Shown here piece by piece: positions 36,593 to 40,235 of a stretch of 40,235 nt of DNA (within the stretch, counting starts at the first letter, position 1; every line of letters begins with the position of its first letter). Under the pieces are notes generated by a model. The model saw nothing but the letters and a program-made list of their open reading frames with translations. It was not told where the DNA came from and searched no databases. The DNA is from Nitrospirota bacterium (GTDB taxonomy: Bacteria; UBA2233). The stretch spans positions 1 through 40,235 of the forward strand of contig WOZJ01000010.1 in the NCBI GenBank assembly GCA_011620345.1. Direction: 5' to 3'. The position numbers and the translations under genes were made by a program.

Positions 36593-38288
36593 TTTTTGCC
36601 TCCATTTGCGCCTTTTCTTGAAGCACCTTGAACGATGCAAACCCCCCCAAAAGCCCCTTGAGCCCTTGAATGCCTCTATGTTTGAGCGCCCTGTAGGCTA
36701 AGTAGCTCCTGTATCCTACATTGCAATACAAGACGGCCTGCTTTTCGCCAAGCACTTCTTTAAGCTTATCCATACTTTGTCTTAGGACAGATAATGGCAC
36801 ATTGATGGCCTCGGGAATATGCTCTTCCTCAAACTCTTTAGGCTCGCGTACATCGAGGAAGACAACGCTATCCTTGTCGCTGTCGCTCCCTCGTGCGGCA
36901 CGGACCGGGTCGTAAGAGTCGATTTCCCCGCTTACAAGGTGGCTTCCGACAAGCCCCGCCTGATTAACAGGGTCTCGTGCCGATCCAAACGGGGGGGCGT
37001 AGGCAAGGTTTAAATCAGCAAGATCCTGGACGTTGGCCTTAAAGAAAAGCGCCGAGGAGAGGACGTCGATTCTCTTATCTACCCCCTCCTCGCCGACGAT
37101 TTGTGCACCCAAGAGCCTCCCCGTCCCTTTCTCGGCCAGCACCTTCATGTGGAGGGGCTTGGCGCCCGGATAGTATCCCGCATGATGATTTGGGTGAATC
37201 AACACCTTGCAAACGTCGTAGCCCTCCTTGAGGGCCTCCTTCTCGGAAAGACCTGTTTTCGCGGCCACAGCCTTGCCTGCCCGTACGATGAACGTTCCCA
37301 GCGTCCCTTTGAAGCGTAGATCCTTACCGACCGCGTTTGCCCCGGCCACCCTGCCCTGCTGGTTCGCTGGACCTGCCAGCGCAAACCATCCTGGCCTTCC
37401 CGTAACGAGATTCAAGCTCTCCACCGCATCTCCCGCGGCAAACACGCCCGGAACGGATGTTTCCATCCTGTCGTTTACCTTAATGGCGCCGGTTTCGCCG
37501 ATTGCAATCCCGGCCTCCTTGGCGAGCTTGGCATCGGGCCGAACGCCGATGGCAAGCAACACCAAGTCGCACTCGATCGCATCCCCGCCTTCTAGAAACG
37601 CCTTGACGATAAAGCCTTGGTCGTTTTTTTCAAAAGCCTGCACGCCCCTGCCAAGGACAAGCCGCACCCCAATTTCTTCAAGTGCCCCCTCTACGTATGC
37701 CGCCATATCTTCATCGAGGTTGGGGAGCACATGCTCGAGCTTCTCGACGAGCGTCACTTCGAGCCCGCGACGAGCGAAGGCTTCGGCACACTCAAGTCCG
37801 ATGAACCCTCCGCCCACAACAAGCGCCCTCTTTGGCTTTCGAACAGAAAGAAGCTCGTAAAGACCATCCGCGTCGGGCACGTTGCGAAGCTGGAAGAAAT
37901 TGGGAGCATCCTTCCCTGGGAACGGCGGTACAATAGGAGCAGCTCCAGGAGCCAGGATGAGCGCATCGTATGGAAGCTCGATAGTCTGGCTCTTCTCCAA
38001 GTCGCGTACCTCAAGCGTACGCTGGTGCAGGTTAATCCCCACTGCTTCGTTTCTTAGGAGCACCTTCACATTAAAGCGCTTTTCAAACACCTGGGGCGTC
38101 GTAACGAGCAGCTTGCCCCTGTCCCCGATCTCGCCAGAGACATAGTAAGGGAGGCCACAGTTGGCGTACGAGACGTAAGGCCCTTTTTCGACAAGGATAA
38201 TCTCGGCCAGCTCGTCTTCTCTCCTGGCCTTGGTCGCAGCACTGGCCCCTGCTGCGACCCCCCCTACGATGACGAGTTTTGTCGACAC
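36576..38288 (-). CDS. CoA-disulfide reductase with C-terminal rhodanese domain (CoADR-RHD/Npsr-like)
   Basis: [32 protein letters not shown], rhodanese DVRE..EF and YCNVGYRSY. Confidence 0.93.
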   Translation of the reverse strand: MSTKLVIVGGVAAGASAATKARREDELAEIILVEKGPYVSYANCGLPYYVSGEIGDRGKLLVTTPQVFEKRFNVKVLLRNEAVGINLHQRTLEVRDLEKSQTIELPYDALILAPGAAPIVPPFPGKDAPNFFQLRNVPDADGLYELLSVRKPKRALVVGGGFIGLECAEAFARRGLEVTLVEKLEHVLPNLDEDMAAYVEGALEEIGVRLVLGRGVQAFEKNDQGFIVKAFLEGGDAIECDLVLLAIGVRPDAKLAKEAGIAIGETGAIKVNDRMETSVPGVFAAGDAVESLNLVTGRPGWFALAGPANQQGRVAGANAVGKDLRFKGTLGTFIVRAGKAVAAKTGLSEKEALKEGYDVCKVLIHPNHHAGYYPGAKPLHMKVLAEKGTGRLLGAQIVGEEGVDKRIDVLSSALFFKANVQDLADLNLAYAPPFGSARDPVNQAGLVGSHLVSGEIDSYDPVRAARGSDSDKDSVVFLDVREPKEFEEEHIPEAINVPLSVLRQSMDKLKEVLGEKQAVLYCNVGYRSYLAYRALKHRGIQGLKGLLGGFASFKVLQEKAQMEAKNGNES

Positions 38289-38416
38289 AAACCCCTCCCC
38301 CTTGGTATGAATGCTTCAGAATATTCTTCTTCGAAACGGCATCCCGTACAACAAGGAATGGCCTCAAGCGTCTTCCAAAAATACTCCATGACACCCCGAG
38401 TAATCCTGTCGTCCAT
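38264..38416 (-). CDS. Putative 50-aa Cys-rich small protein or leader peptide
   Basis: [50 protein letters not shown]; lies just downstream of an extended -10 element and overlaps the CoADR start by 25 nt. Confidence 0.35.
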   Translation of the reverse strand: MDDRITRGVMEYFWKTLEAIPCCTGCRFEEEYSEAFIPRGRGLCRQNSSS

Positions 38417-38436
38417 ACCGCCTAAACAAAAACTCT

Positions 38437-38445
38437 ATCTTAACA
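38437..38445 (-). promoter_or_regulatory. Extended -10 promoter candidate for the CoADR-eno-queF run
   Basis: TG-T-TAAGAT on the minus strand. Confidence 0.45.
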
Positions 38446-39007
38446 GGATACCCTGAAACGCAAAAGGAAGAAAAGAACACGACCAGACCTCCTTCTTTAA
38501 GCGCGGCCTCAAGATCGCCAAGGAACATGTTGGCTCGCCATACAGGAGAAGCCCTCCAAGGGAGGGGCCATCGAGCAAGGCTTGGAGAACAGGGGGACCT
38601 TTTAATCTCCGAAATAACTTGAATTTTATTTAGGCTACTATATACCCATCCATAGAGCTCTAGCGCACAACGACAACCAAAGAAAAAGAAGTTCCATGCT
38701 GTATAATTATGGGCTTGCTATATGAAGAAACTTACTATATATTATCGTTTCTACTATAATGATCCTGTTTTTTAGTCAAATGTAGCTAGCTTTTAGAGTA
38801 AGGAATATCTACTTCAAAGGCTCCTGCCTTCTTCAGCAGGATCGAGACAAGTATTAGCGTGGACAATTGCTTCATAAATAGAGGTTCTCATTCCCCTTAG
38901 AGATTTACAGGACGGAGATGCAAAGGATACCTCCGTATATCACAGAGACACCGGAGGTTTCATATGAAGGAAAGAGATCGACCTATTACGAACAAGGGAG
39001 GAACCTT

Positions 39008-39874
39008 ATGAAACACAAGTACTCGAGTCTACTAGGGGTTTTCTTCATGCTAGCGGCCGGATGTAGTGTTGTCGAACGGCAGGGGGTAAACGCGGGTGCA
39101 CCCCTTCTCAAGGACTTGGTCGACAAGGTGATGACACTCGAGAGTGCCTCGCTTGCCGAAGAAGGCTTGCCGGGACAACTTCTCCTTATTTCGGCCCTTG
39201 TCGAGTTTTCTCCAAAGAACGATCAGCTGCTTGCGGTTGCCTGCCAGGGCTACACTTCTTACGGGCTTATCGTTGAGCTTGAAGACCCTGGGTACGCCGA
39301 TGAGCTTTACGGCTTGGCTCAAGATTACGGGCTAAGGGCGCTTCGTTACCGCAACGTGGCCGTTGATGAAGGCCTTACAGAGGGGAAACATCTTGTTGAT
39401 TTGAATAAAGAGCTTACAAAGGGCGACGTATTTCAAGCCTTTTGGTACGCGATGGCCTCGGGCCTAAAAACCATGCTCAACTTAAGCGATCCGTACGCGC
39501 TCACGGCGCTAGGAGACGTAAATAGCGTCATGGACAGGATTGTTGAACTCGATGAAACGTTCTTCTATTACTCACCACACCTGTTTCGCGCGGCCTACTA
39601 TGCGCTCTCTGGCCCGATGCTCGGCGGGGGACCGGAGAAGGCACAAAAAGAGTTTGGCTACGTTTTTGAAAAAACTCAAAACAAATTCCTTTTGGCGCAC
39701 GCCTTCTACGCTCAGTTCTACGCGGCCGGGATTATCGACGAGGCGATTTTCGACAAAACGATTAATTATATCCTGAGCACCCCGAGCGACGTCCTACCGA
39801 AGGCGAGGCTTGCCAACGAGATTGCAAAGAAAAAGGCCCTTTGGCTCAAGGCCCACAAGGACCGCTTCTTTTAA
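39008..39874 (+). CDS. TRAP-associated TatT-family (TPAT T component) lipoprotein
   Basis: Lipobox LAAGC; GGGAGG RBS; helical protein with ELDETFFY, PMLGGGPEKA..F, LANEIAKKKA..L...DRFF. Confidence 0.85.
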   Translation: MKHKYSSLLGVFFMLAAGCSVVERQGVNAGAPLLKDLVDKVMTLESASLAEEGLPGQLLLISALVEFSPKNDQLLAVACQGYTSYGLIVELEDPGYADELYGLAQDYGLRALRYRNVAVDEGLTEGKHLVDLNKELTKGDVFQAFWYAMASGLKTMLNLSDPYALTALGDVNSVMDRIVELDETFFYYSPHLFRAAYYALSGPMLGGGPEKAQKEFGYVFEKTQNKFLLAHAFYAQFYAAGIIDEAIFDKTINYILSTPSDVLPKARLANEIAKKKALWLKAHKDRFF

Positions 39875-39899
39875 CGACGCCCAAATCCAGCATCCATAC

Positions 39900-39930
39900 A
39901 AGGCTGGCCAGATTCTGGCCAGCCTTTTTT
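39900..39930 (+). terminator. Rho-independent terminator after tatT
   Basis: Perfect stem AAGGCTGGCCAG-ATT-CTGGCCAGCCTT ending in a 6-T run. Confidence 0.9.
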
Positions 39931-39944
39931 ATGGGGACGCATCT

Positions 39945-40226
39945 CAGGTCATCAACGGCTGGATCGTATCCTACATGTTCGACGGGCTTTTGGGGGACCG
40001 CCATCGCATCCAAGTTGGACAAGTCGGTCGTCGGCCAAGTCACATTTACGCTCACCCTTGAGTACCTACGGATGATTCAAGTATAACGCCGCGTGAGGGG
40101 CAAAAGGAAGGCGATAAGAATGTTAACACGCTTGCGTTTGCAGAGGGCGTGGTGTTCGATGAAGCAGACAAGCTTTGGTCCGCCAAGTGTAGCGGGGTGT
40201 ATAAGATTTTCCGTTTAAACCCCTAA
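39945..40226 (+). pseudogene. Degraded PaaI/hotdog-fold thioesterase
   Basis: QVINGWIVSYMFDGLLG / frameshift / TAIASKLDKSVVGQVTFTLTLEYLRMIQV* RRVRGK / frameshift / NTLAFAEGVVFDEADKLWSAKCSGVYKIFRLNP*. Confidence 0.75.
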
Positions 40227-40235
40227 AACAATCTT

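Noticed and set aside
38759-39007. Frame continuous with tatT interrupted only by three TAG codons (possible recoding)
   Set aside because: tatT has its own RBS and lipoprotein signal at 39008, and TAG is used as a normal stop by many genes here; more likely chance or a decayed gene
1-40235. CRISPR arrays, tRNA/rRNA genes, prophage or defence genes
   Set aside because: No spaced repeats, cloverleaf signatures or relevant protein motifs were seen by eye

Overview
Bacterial chromosomal window, mostly compact housekeeping genes flanked by two accessory ends. Gene order (receiver protein-valS-birA-coaX; priA-def-fmt-rpe; tmk-holB-PSP1-metG-tatD) resembles deltaproteobacteria-like lineages; this is an inference. 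Left end (1-9 kb): an IS3-like remnant, then a minus-strand cluster of five hydrolases, all with N-terminal signal-like sequences (lysophospholipase/monoacylglycerol lipase, alpha/beta hydrolase, GH63-like glycosidase, GH3 beta-glycosidase, large archaeal-type esterase). The AT-richer GH3 gene appears to have been inserted into a resident gene whose two halves are still readable. Middle: grxD, PTS EIIA, priA, def, fmt, rpe, moaA, coaX, birA, valS, a RomR/PopZ-like pseudo-receiver protein, tatD, metG, PSP1, holB, tmk, a LolA-like protein, a ~140-nt rod-shaped candidate ncRNA, an ABC substrate-binding lipoprotein, xseA, an ABC ATPase, ruvX, an M23 peptidase, uppP, minCDE, queF, eno and a CoA-disulfide reductase-rhodanese fusion preceded by a small Cys-rich ORF. 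Right end: an orphan TatT lipoprotein with its own terminator and a frameshifted PaaI-type thioesterase pseudogene. No CRISPR array, tRNA or rRNA was seen. All family calls come from motif recognition by eye, not database searches.
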